DNA of 64,000 bases from Vicugna vicugna (Eukaryota). The notes under the pieces were generated by a model. It was not told where the DNA came from. It saw only the letters and a list, made by a program, of their open reading frames with translations, and did not search any database. Numbering within the stretch: position 1 is the stretch's first letter; the number at the start of each line of letters is the position of its first letter. Made by a program: the position numbers and the translations under genes. The stretch spans positions 6,881,260 to 6,945,259 of the forward strand of contig MU058844.1 of NCBI GenBank assembly GCA_013265495.1, given 5' to 3'. This document shows, one piece after another, positions 37,900 through 49,299 of this stretch.

Positions 37900-38974
37900 A
37901 AACAGATGACTTGGATACAATGACCCAGCAGAACCCAGTTTATATTACTAGCTTTAAAACTCAGAATTTCTAAGAAAAGGAGTCTGTTTTGCATAGAAAA
38001 TGGAAAATAGTTTGGAGTTGGAGATACGTGGGAAGAAAAAGGGATGAAAGAATATTCATGTCTGTACTGACACTGAAATATCAGTAACAATAATATTTAT
38101 AAAGCAGATTACTATTGAAAAAGACAAGCAAGTCAGACGTGGTCCCTGCATTCAAGGGGCTTATTGGAGCAAATAACATTAAGTTATCTGACAAAAAAGT
38201 AAGTAGACTTTTGATGATTTAGTTAAGCATAGTTCTGATGAGTTCTAGGAGGGTTAAATTATACAATGAAAATAGAAAGCTAACCTGAAAAATGGTAGTC
38301 AAGCTGCCACTAGAAAATCTGAGGAGTAAACTTAGGTGAATGGGGATGAGAGGGGGTCTTAAGAATTGGAGATTGAGTCAAAAAAAGTATGGGGAAGATT
38401 CTGTGCTAGGAAGTAAAGACCAACTATTTAAAGGATTTAAAACCCCAGTCTCGCTGAGATGTAGTGATGAAAATGAAGTAAAAGTTACTGGCAAAGGACA
38501 ACTTGACCTGCTGTAATAATCTGTAAAGGGAGATAAGGAAAGTCAGGAAGCTGCTGGTAGACAGAGAAGGAAAGGAGGAATCAAAGGCTAGGAGGTCCCA
38601 ACCAGGTTGTAGAACAGGGGATGTAGTATTCAAGAAGGAATGACAAAAGTGAAAGATGTAAAATTGTGATTCCAGATGAGGAACATTTGTGGGAATGATA
38701 GAGTTCAAAGTGTGACTGTGAAGATCAGTTACCAAGGTAAATCGGAAGGAAAGTTTCTTAGAAATAATAAAGTTCAGGTCTTAGCAATGTTACATGAGTT
38801 ATCCATAATGTTATTCATATCATCTAGCTTGATAATAGGAACTGAAGTGTAACAAAAACAAGTGAACTGATGCCAAAGTCTTTAGGGAAGTAGGTACATT
38901 TGTATATGATATATAGCTGGAGCCAAATAAAGTTTAAAGAGGTACTTATTACTGACCGCATAAAGCATTAAGTA

Positions 38975-38975
38975 A

Positions 38976-39006
<31 letters not shown>

Positions 39007-39027
39007 CATATATATATACACACATAT
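38975..39027 (+). repeat. (TA)n/(CA)n compound microsatellite within a MIR
   Basis: Read directly; flanked by the MIR motif TTTTACAGATAAGAGATC...TTAAGTAACTTGCCAAAAATCACA. Confidence 0.9.
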
Positions 39028-41267
39028 AAGTTTAATTAAGACTCATTTTTTCCCTATTAGGTAGGTACTCGATACGTTTGATTTTACAGATAAGAGATCA
39101 GACTGTAGGGTGGAGTGATTAAGTAACTTGCCAAAAATCACAGTCAGGATTTGAACTCATGTATTTTTGACTCCAGAACACATACTGTTGACACACATAC
39201 TCCATGTTAAAAGTAAACTGCATGAGTGTCGACAGAGTAGAGAAAGTGACAGTGGGAAAACAAAAGATACTGACCCTAGGAGGAGTTTGAGAGATATACT
39301 AGAAAATAACACAGGGAGAATAAAGAGGAGTATTTATCAAGCAGTATGGAGAGGCCAATAAGATGAAAGATAACTCATTTGGTTTCATTTAAGGACTGAG
39401 AGGTCTTGGATCAACAGTTGTGGGATTCTTGTGACTTTTTCTGGTGTTTTTCAGATGTAGGCCCTGTGGTGGACAGAATGCAAGCTTGAAATAAGAAAAA
39501 TCAATCCGAACTCTTTTTGCAAGTGGTTACCTTCTTCTTTTCACACTCTTGGTAGTCTCTTCCCATACTAAATATGCTCTTGGCCATGGGAAAATAACCA
39601 GTATGATTGTGGCTTGATTTAGCCAAAGGGGAAAGACCAGCATGATTCAAGGGGAGACTTTAAAGGTGCTTGCTTATTAAGATTTTCTTGCTCCTGTGGC
39701 TCTTGGGAACCTTGCAACCACCATCATATGAAGAGCTTCTGCTGGCCTACTGGATGAAAAATGCCTCATGTCCCTTGTTTATTAATAAATGATGCTTAGA
39801 TTCATTAATCTTACAGCTTATTTTTCTGAGCTTTAAGAATTTACTTCTATTATATTAAGAGGTGATAAGTAAATCTATATTTTTTACATTTATATTTTTT
39901 CTTTACTTCAATATTTTTCTTATTATTCCTCTAATTTCAAGTCTTTGAACCTCAGTTCTCAGGTTTGATGGCATAATAAACATCATGATTTCATTGTGAT
40001 GTTAAAATAAGTAAATACATTAATTTATCAACACAGTCTTTGGTATATAATGTGAGCTAAATAAATCATTATATATTTTATTAATAGAACAGGAGCTACA
40101 GTGTTTTTCCCAATTCTTGATATCTTTCAACCCTTTAGAATAAATATTTCTTATAATAATCAGTTTGGAAATGTATCTCTTTTCTCCACAAAGTGATTTC
40201 AAAATTTTAAGGAATGTTTCCAAGTTGATACTCCACTGAAACATTGTTGATACTCAATTCAAATTAAATAAATTAAATAATAGTTGGTAAGCTTTTTTGA
40301 GTTCCGTTTAGACTCAGTGAGTCTAAATCTCAATTTTTTATACTTTTCAAAAGTTATTTTTATATTTTAAATGTTAAAAGTAATATGTGTTTAAGTTACT
40401 AAATACCCATCTGTGCTGCCAGTAAATGTAAAACATCACAAGAATACTAATTTTGTAAAATGCAAAACCATTTTTTAAATCACATTAACTTTTCCAAATT
40501 GCATTCAACAAATACAGCCATGTGTTTCAAAATATTTTTGATATATGAATGTAGAAATTAAACATACTTTATTAGAATCTTAAGAAAGAGACACATCAGT
40601 GCAAAGCATGGCATTGGTGACAAAGAAGCAGGGATATAACTACTTAATTCAATCTTGTGAACTTTTGCAAATTTTGTAATTTTGTGAAACTTCAGTTTCT
40701 TATCATAAGTTTCTTATCATAAGTTAAGAATGAAATACTATTTCATATGATTTTTGATAGGATAAAAAGAAAGAATACATAAAGTCTTCAGAAGTTGCAC
40801 ATTAAAATTTAAGAAAAATAATTTATAAATAAAAACTAACTTATTGTATTTTAAATTAAATAAGTAAATTATTTTATTTTAAATTAATTTAAATAAAAAC
40901 TAGGCATATGGTAAATGAAAGCACATGGTCTTTAGATTCAAATATTTGTGCCTGAATACTAGCATTATCACTTAATAATGACAGGACTATGGAGAACACT
41001 AATGAACTTTTAAAAAGCTGTATCTTCAGATCTGTGCAATCAAGATAATAACATCTAGTTCATATGACGTGATTATTAGGTGAGCTATTATAAGCCAGCA
41101 ATAATCCTTAGGGCATACAAAGCACTAATAAAGGGACAATCATTATTATTACCATCCTTATTAGCAGACTTTAGCTTTATTATTTAATAAAGTCATCACA
41201 GAGTAATTCTGTTAGAATACTACTGGAAAGTTAATAAATATAAAATATATATAAAAACAAAAGTTAA

Positions 41268-41670
41268 GACGAGGCCAAGATGGCGGAGTAGTAGGACACT
41301 CGTGGCTCACCCTCTCCCACAGATACACCAATACTCACATCCACAGACCCCCTCAGCCAACCAGAGCACCTACGGAACTCCGACAGAACATCATCCTCTT
41401 CAAAAGATAAAGATGCCAAAATTCTGGTAGGAGAAAGAAAAAAAAGAAAGACAAAACGGCAAAACAGTTCGGGACCGGTCCCACGGGGAGGGAGTGGCAA
41501 AGGAGAACTACCGCTGGTTCGCTAGGTCTCCCCACTCCAACGGAGAGGCCAGTGGCTGGAGGAGGAGCCTCCGAGGCTCAGAACTGTATGGAGCAGCCCT
41601 TGACCTACAGAACTAAGTTAAACAGGCACAGAGGGTCCCTGCGACACCCAGCCCAAGACCTGAGCTGGGA
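41268..41670 (+). promoter_or_regulatory. L1 internal promoter region with YY1 motif
   Basis: AAGATGGCGG (41277-41286) at the L1 5' end; the most CpG-rich stretch in the window. Confidence 0.7.
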
Positions 41671-42357
41671 TATTATTTTTAAAAATCCATGTCATGTCAT
41701 TATTATTTCTCTCGGTTTTGATCTCCTGTTACTGATTATACACGTTTCAAATATATTTTTTCCTCTTTTCTCCTTTTTTAAAGGTTTTTAAGAGATGTCT
41801 CAACCCGACTGCTGTTCTACTTCAACCTGCTCTTCAATTATTCACTATACACTGTTTTCAAACCTTTTTTCCTTCCCTTTTTCAAAATTCTCTCTTTATC
41901 ATATCTTTTTTTATCTGTTCTATTTTTTATTATCTTTTTAATTTCTACTTTCTAAACAATTGTATATGCTTCTAGTTTTAATTCCTTTTTAAATTTTTCT
42001 TTTAAAGTAGTTATATTATTATTTCTTTAAATCCACCTGACTTCATTTTCATTTCTTTTGGTTTTGATCTCCTGTTATTGATTATAAATAGGTTTCAAAT
42101 ATCATTTTTTGATCTTTTTTCCTTTTTTTAAAGGGTTTTTAAAAAAGATGTCCCAACTTGAATGTGGTCTGATTCAAATTGCTCTTCTATAACTGATTAT
42201 ACACTGTTTTCAAGCCTTTTTTTCTCCCTTCTTTTAAAATTCTCTCTCTATCCTTTTTTTTTTTAAGTTTTATTCCTACATAGGCATTAGATAAATAAAC
42301 TCCTTTAAGGACCACAATAGATAACTGATACTCCATAAGACACAGTGCCAGAGAGAT

Positions 42358-43255
42358 ATGAGCAAGATGAAGCAGAGAAACCATTCCCAATTAAAAGAAC
42401 AAGAGAAATCCCCTGAAAGAACGATCAATGAAATAGACATCAATAGCCCACTAGACCAAGATTTCAAAAAAGGAGTGAACAAAGTATTGAAGGAACTAAA
42501 AGACATAGTGTTTAGAGATATAAAATATGTCAGAAATGAAATCGAAGCTATAAAGAAGAGCCAAGTAGAATTGGTAAACTCATTGGCTGAGATGAGAACA
42601 GATCTAAAGGCTGTGCAAAGCAGACTAGATAACGCAGAGGAACAAATTAGTAACCTAGAATACAGGACAACAGAAAGCACCCAATCAGAACAACTGCAAG
42701 ATAAACAAATAAAAACAAATTAAAGCAATATAAGGGACCTATGGGATAATATAAAGCATGCCAATCTTCGCATAATAGGGATCCCAGAAGGGGAAGAAAG
42801 ATCAAAGGGGATTGAAAAGGTTTTTGAAGAAATCATGACTGAAAACTTCCCAAACTTAAAGAAGGAATCAGATATCTAAGTACAGGAAGTTCAAAGGGTC
42901 CTAAACAGGAAGAACCCAAATAGACCCACACCAAGATATATCATAATCAAGATGGCCAGAGTGAAGGATAAAGAAATGATCCTAAAGGTAGCAAGAGAAA
43001 AGCGAAGAGTGAGTTACAAGGGAACCCACATAAGGCTCTCAGCTGATTTCTCTACACAAACAATACAGGGCAGAAGGGAGTGGGAAGATAAATTCAAAGT
43101 CCTGAATGAAAAAAAGATGCAGTTTAGGATACTTTATCCAGCAAGGCTATCCTTTAGGATAGAAAGAGAGATAAAGAATTTCACCAACAAGCAAAAACTA
43201 AGAGTTTAGCAACACTAAACCCATGCTAAAAGAAATATTGAAAGGTCTACTCTAA
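42358..43255 (+). pseudogene. L1 ORF1p (RNA-binding/chaperone), disrupted
   Basis: Coiled coil (SRLDNAEEQISNLE), NLRIIGIPE and YPARLSF motifs; in-frame TAA at 42721 and 42877; frameshift near 43200. Confidence 0.93.
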
Positions 43256-43442
43256 ATAGAAATGCATCAGGATGCTACAGAAATGAGAAACTCATAACTG
43301 GAAAGGTGATAGCTCATGAATTACAAATAAAATAAACACGAAATTGTAAAAGAAGATATCAAAATCATTAAGAGAGGGAGAGGGAAGCAAGAACATATAG
43401 AGTATTTTTTTTCTTTCTTTTTAAAATTTTTTGGTTTTGGTA

Positions 43443-43853
43443 NNNNNNNNNNNNNNNNNNNNNNNNNNNNNNNNNNNNNNNNNNNNNNNNNNNNNNNNNN
43501 NNNNNNNNNNNNNNNNNNNNNNNNNNNNNNNNNNNNNNNNNNNNNNNNNNNNNNNNNNNNNNNNNNNNNNNNNNNNNNNNNNNNNNNNNNNNNNNNNNNN
43601 NNNNNNNNNNNNNNNNNNNNNNNNNNNNNNNNNNNNNNNNNNNNNNNNNNNNNNNNNNNNNNNNNNNNNNNNNNNNNNNNNNNNNNNNNNNNNNNNNNNN
43701 NNNNNNNNNNNNNNNNNNNNNNNNNNNNNNNNNNNNNNNNNNNNNNNNNNNNNNNNNNNNNNNNNNNNNNNNNNNNNNNNNNNNNNNNNNNNNNNNNNNN
43801 NNNNNNNNNNNNNNNNNNNNNNNNNNNNNNNNNNNNNNNNNNNNNNNNNNNNN
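43443..43853. other. Assembly gap (N run)
   Basis: 411 N. Confidence 1.
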
Positions 43854-45507
43854 TTGCAGTACTGACTTCAGACAAAATAGACTTTAAAACAAAGGCCATA
43901 AAGAAAGATAAAGAAGGACATTTTACAATGATTAAAGGAGTGATACAAGACGAGGATATTACACTCATTAATATATATGCACCCAATATAGGAGCACCTA
44001 AATACATAAAACAATTACTAACAGACATAAAGGGGGATATTGATGGGAATACAATCATAGTTGGAGATTTTAACACCGCATTAACATCACTAGACAGATC
44101 TTCCAGACAGAAAATAAATAAGGCAACAGAGAAACTAAATAATACATAGAAAAATTAGATTTGGTGGATATTTTCAGAGCATTACAGCCCCCCAAAATAG
44201 GATATACATTCTTTTCAAGTGCACGTGGAACATTTTCCAGGATTGATCATGTACTTGGGCACAAAAGAAACCTCAACAATTTTAAGATAGAAATTATCTC
44301 AAGCATCTTTACTGACCACAATGCCATGAAACTAGAAATCAACAACAGAGGTACAAAGGAGAAAAAATGGAAAGCATGGAGATTAAACGATGCACTATTA
44401 AAAAACCAATGGGTCAATGAGGAAATCAAAGCTGAAATTCAAAAATACCTTGAGACAAATGAAAATGAAAGCACAACCATACAAAATATATGAGACAGAG
44501 CAAAGGCACTGCTAAGAGGGAAGTTTATAGCAACACAGGCTTTCCTCAAAAAAGAAGAACAATCTCAAATAAACAATTTAACCCACCAACTAAAAGAACT
44601 AGAAAAAGAAGAGCAAAGACACCCAAAAGTCAGCAGAAGGAAGGAAATTATAAAGATCAGGGAGGAAATAAATAAAATACAGATTTAAAAAACCATAGAA
44701 ATATAATCAATCAAACCAAAAGCCGGTTTTTTGAAAAACTAAAAAAATTGACAAACCTCTGGCCAAATTCACAAAGAAGAAAAAAGAGAGAGCACAAATT
44801 AGCAAAATAAGGAAGGAAAATGGAGAAATTACAACAAATAAAATAGAAATACAGAATATCATACAAGAATATTATGAAAAACTATATGGAACCAAACTGA
44901 ATAACCTAGAGGAGATGGACAAGTTTCTGGAAACATACAGTCCACCAAGACTGAATCAAGAAGAAACTGACCACTTGAACAAACTGATCACTAGAAATGA
45001 AATCAAAATAGCAATAAAAAACCTCCCTACAAATAAAAGTCCAGGACAAGATGGCTTCACTGGGGAATTCTACCAAACATACAAAGAAGAACTCACACCA
45101 GTCCTTCTCAAACTCTTCCAGGAGATTGAAAAGGAGGGAATACTCCCAAACTCATTCTATGAAGCCACCATTACCCTGATACCAAAACCAGGCAAAGACA
45201 CTACCAAAAAAGAGAATTATAGGCCAATATCACTGATGAACACAGACGCCAAAATCCTCACCAAAATATTAGCAAATACAATCCAACACCACATAAAAAA
45301 AGATTCACATCATGACCAAGTGGGGTTCATACCAGGGACACAAGGATGATTCAACATACACAAATCAACCAATATAATACGTCACATCAACAGGAGAAAG
45401 GACAAAAACCACATGATCATCTCAATAGATGCAGAAAAAGCATTTGATACAGTTCAACACCCATTTATAATGAAAACTCTCACCAAAGTGGGTATAGAGA
45501 GAACATA

Positions 45508-46240
45508 NNNNNNNNNNNNNNNNNNNNNNNNNNNNNNNNNNNNNNNNNNNNNNNNNNNNNNNNNNNNNNNNNNNNNNNNNNNNNNNNNNNNNNNNNNNNN
45601 NNNNNNNNNNNNNNNNNNNNNNNNNNNNNNNNNNNNNNNNNNNNNNNNNNNNNNNNNNNNNNNNNNNNNNNNNNNNNNNNNNNNNNNNNNNNNNNNNNNN
45701 NNNNNNNNNNNNNNNNNNNNNNNNNNNNNNNNNNNNNNNNNNNNNNNNNNNNNNNNNNNNNNNNNNNNNNNNNNNNNNNNNNNNNNNNNNNNNNNNNNNN
45801 NNNNNNNNNNNNNNNNNNNNNNNNNNNNNNNNNNNNNNNNNNNNNNNNNNNNNNNNNNNNNNNNNNNNNNNNNNNNNNNNNNNNNNNNNNNNNNNNNNNN
45901 NNNNNNNNNNNNNNNNNNNNNNNNNNNNNNNNNNNNNNNNNNNNNNNNNNNNNNNNNNNNNNNNNNNNNNNNNNNNNNNNNNNNNNNNNNNNNNNNNNNN
46001 NNNNNNNNNNNNNNNNNNNNNNNNNNNNNNNNNNNNNNNNNNNNNNNNNNNNNNNNNNNNNNNNNNNNNNNNNNNNNNNNNNNNNNNNNNNNNNNNNNNN
46101 NNNNNNNNNNNNNNNNNNNNNNNNNNNNNNNNNNNNNNNNNNNNNNNNNNNNNNNNNNNNNNNNNNNNNNNNNNNNNNNNNNNNNNNNNNNNNNNNNNNN
46201 NNNNNNNNNNNNNNNNNNNNNNNNNNNNNNNNNNNNNNNN
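45508..46240. other. Assembly gap (N run)
   Basis: 733 N. Confidence 1.
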
Positions 46241-46634
46241 TAGAACACTTCCTTACACCATACACAAAAATCAACTCAAAATGGATCAAAGACTTAAACA
46301 TAAGACAAGATACAATAAACCTCCTAGAAGAAAACCTCCTAGGCGAAAGATTATCTAACATACATCTCAAAAATCTTCCCCTAGAACAGTCTACTCAAGC
46401 AATAGAAATAAAAGCAAGAATAAACAAATGGGACCTAATGAAACTTACAAGCTTCTGCACAGCAAAGGAAACCATAAGTAAAGCAAAAAGACAACCTACG
46501 GAATGGGAGAAAATGTTTGCAAACGAAACTGACAAAGGCTTGATCTCCAGAATATATAAGCAGCTCATACGACTTAATAAGAAACAACCAAACAATCCAA
46601 TCCAATAATGGGCAAAAGACCTAAACAAGCAATT

Positions 46635-46933
46635 NNNNNNNNNNNNNNNNNNNNNNNNNNNNNNNNNNNNNNNNNNNNNNNNNNNNNNNNNNNNNNNNNN
46701 NNNNNNNNNNNNNNNNNNNNNNNNNNNNNNNNNNNNNNNNNNNNNNNNNNNNNNNNNNNNNNNNNNNNNNNNNNNNNNNNNNNNNNNNNNNNNNNNNNNN
46801 NNNNNNNNNNNNNNNNNNNNNNNNNNNNNNNNNNNNNNNNNNNNNNNNNNNNNNNNNNNNNNNNNNNNNNNNNNNNNNNNNNNNNNNNNNNNNNNNNNNN
46901 NNNNNNNNNNNNNNNNNNNNNNNNNNNNNNNNN
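46635..46933. other. Assembly gap (N run)
   Basis: 299 N. Confidence 1.
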
Positions 46934-49299
46934 TGTATCCAGAATCTACTTCAGGATGACACCTGCACCCCAATGTTCATAGTAGCACTATTTACAATAG
47001 CCAAGACATGGAAACAGCCTAAATGTCCATCAATGGATGACTGGATAAAGAAGAGTGGGTTATTTATACAATGGAATACTACTCAGCCATAAAAACCGAC
47101 AGCATAACGCCATTTGCAGCAACATGGATGCTCCTGGAGAGTGTCATTCTAAGTGAAGTAAGCCACAAAGAGAAAGAAAAATAACTATATGAGATCACTC
47201 ATATGTGGAATCTAAAAAAAAAAAAAAAAAAAAACACAAAAACAAACAAACAAAGCATAAATACAAAACAGAAACAGACTCATAGACATAGAATACAAAC
47301 TTGTGGTTGCCAAGTGGGTGGAGGGTGGGAAGGGATAGATGGGATTTCAAAATTGTAGAATAGATAAATAAGATTATACTGTATAGCACAGGGAAATATA
47401 TACAAGATCTTATGGTAGCTCACAGAGAAAAAAACGTGACAATGAATATATATATATGTTCATGTATAACTGAAAAATTGTGCTCTACACTGGAATTTGA
47501 CACAACATTGTAAAATGATTATAAATCAATAAAAATGTTAAAAAAATAAAAAATAAAAAAATAGAAACAAAAGTTAATAAGCTAACGAGTAATATTTAAA
47601 TTGTACCTATAGGAGTTTTTCTCTAATTTCTTTTCATCAGTGAGATTTACAGTTTGTTAATCTTTTCCTGTAAGGTTGATGCATTTTAATTGGCCTATTT
47701 ATATGTTTTGTACTAATTAACATGGTGGCCAATATCATATTTTTCTATGTATGAAACATAATGAGCCTGACTATATTGTATTTATTAATAAAATTTCTTA
47801 AAAACTTGATAAATTGATAGAACACCTATAAATCATTCTAACATTGTTAATGCTCTAACAAGGTGAGCTAAATAATACAGCTTCAAAAGTTTAGGAAAAT
47901 TGAAAATTAACAGATTATTTGGATAAATAGTTAAAAGGAATTTAGAAAGTAGTTGAATCACATAAAATATTTTTGAAAATACATATATTTACTATTTAGC
48001 AATATGATCTCCTTTGACTTTCATGTAAAAATTACCTACTTAGTTATAATTGCATTTATGTCAAATTCAGAGAAGACAGCAATAACTAATTCAATTTTTG
48101 ACTTCAGGATGACATGCTGAATAAGTTTCAAGTTTCTTGTCTGTAATAGGATAGAACATTATTGTTTTGTTTTGACAGATATAGACAAGTCCACATTTGA
48201 TTAAATCCTGTATATCATTCACTGAGCTAAGCATAAAGATTTTTAATTATATAAAACTAAGACATTTTAAGCTTTGGAATATTAATTAATCACCCAGGGG
48301 AGATGTTAGCTTCATTGCTCAGATTAATTTTACACCTTGGCATTTTATTCATAGTTTATTTACATTTTTATAGACTGTTTCATCTCCTATTTTCAGAGGA
48401 GGAGAAGTGAGACAAACTGTTTTCTATCTTGTCCCCCAGCACTGACTAGTAAGAACCAGAGGACAGAAAGGTCCTGAATAACAGGCAGGATGAATGCTCA
48501 ATCCAATGCTTCAGAAGCCACTAAACTTTGTGCTTTTAAAATATGGAAGTGGAAGAGATATAAGGACATTTTTTTCTTCTTCTACAATTCACAGCACATT
48601 TGCGCTGTGATCACTGCAATGCACTCAGAAAAAAAAGAACAAAGTGGTGCCACGGAAAATAGAATGAGAAGCTATGATTGATTATAGAAAAATATATCTC
48701 ATTATTCTAAAATTTGTTCAATTAAATAGAGAAATAAACCGACTATGAACAACAGACAATATTTCATTTTTTGTTTTTCCACTCCTCAGTTTTTCTATAA
48801 AATGGGAACTGTCAATATAAGCAACATACTCTAGTCATAGTATGTCTTCCTTTCTCTAAAATAACAATACAAACAAACATACAAACTAAAACCAAGATAT
48901 CTGCAATGCCTGGGGTTTAGTTCAGTGTAATCATTATTCACCTCCCAGATACGAGAATGTAGCATGTCATTGTTTCTGAAGTGCATATTTCACGGAACAT
49001 AAGTCACAGGATGTGCTCCAAGATCGAAAGGTCCATGAGGGAAAAATGATTCCATGTTTGAACACTGTTCTCCTCTTGAGTACTTATATTAGTCCACTGA
49101 AGATACCTAGGGATCTTTTGGTTTGGTAAAGAAGCTAATTTTGCTTCCTGATCCAGATGTTTCATATTCCCCTTTATATATTTTTTGTATATATCACTCT
49201 ATTTACAGCTAGTTATTACTTGGCCTGGGTTCAAATCCTGGCTCTGCTACATTCTAGATGTACCATCCAAGACAAGTTATATAACATTGTTTTAAAATA

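Larger units (their letters stand above)
43854..47215 (+). pseudogene. L1 ORF2p (endonuclease/reverse transcriptase), disrupted; start lies in a gap
   Basis: EN motifs NIYAPN, GDFNT, SRIDH, DHN; RT motifs [23 protein letters not shown]; stops at 44147, 44491, 45347 plus frameshifts. Confidence 0.95.
41268..47562 (+). mobile_element. Full-length LINE-1 (camelid lineage), inactivated
   Basis: 5' end GGCCAAGATGGCGG, ORF1 and ORF2 remnants, 3'UTR, AATAAA and an A-rich tail; TSD A(A/G)AAACAAAAGTTAA at 41253-41267 / 47563-47577; insertion site AT/AAAA. Confidence 0.97.

Noticed and set aside
41268..41670. CpG-island promoter of a host gene
   Set aside because: It lies inside the L1 TSDs and is the L1 5'UTR.
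43321..46982. Long ORFs containing X runs
   Set aside because: Artefacts of translating assembly gaps; the minus-strand ones are antisense to L1.
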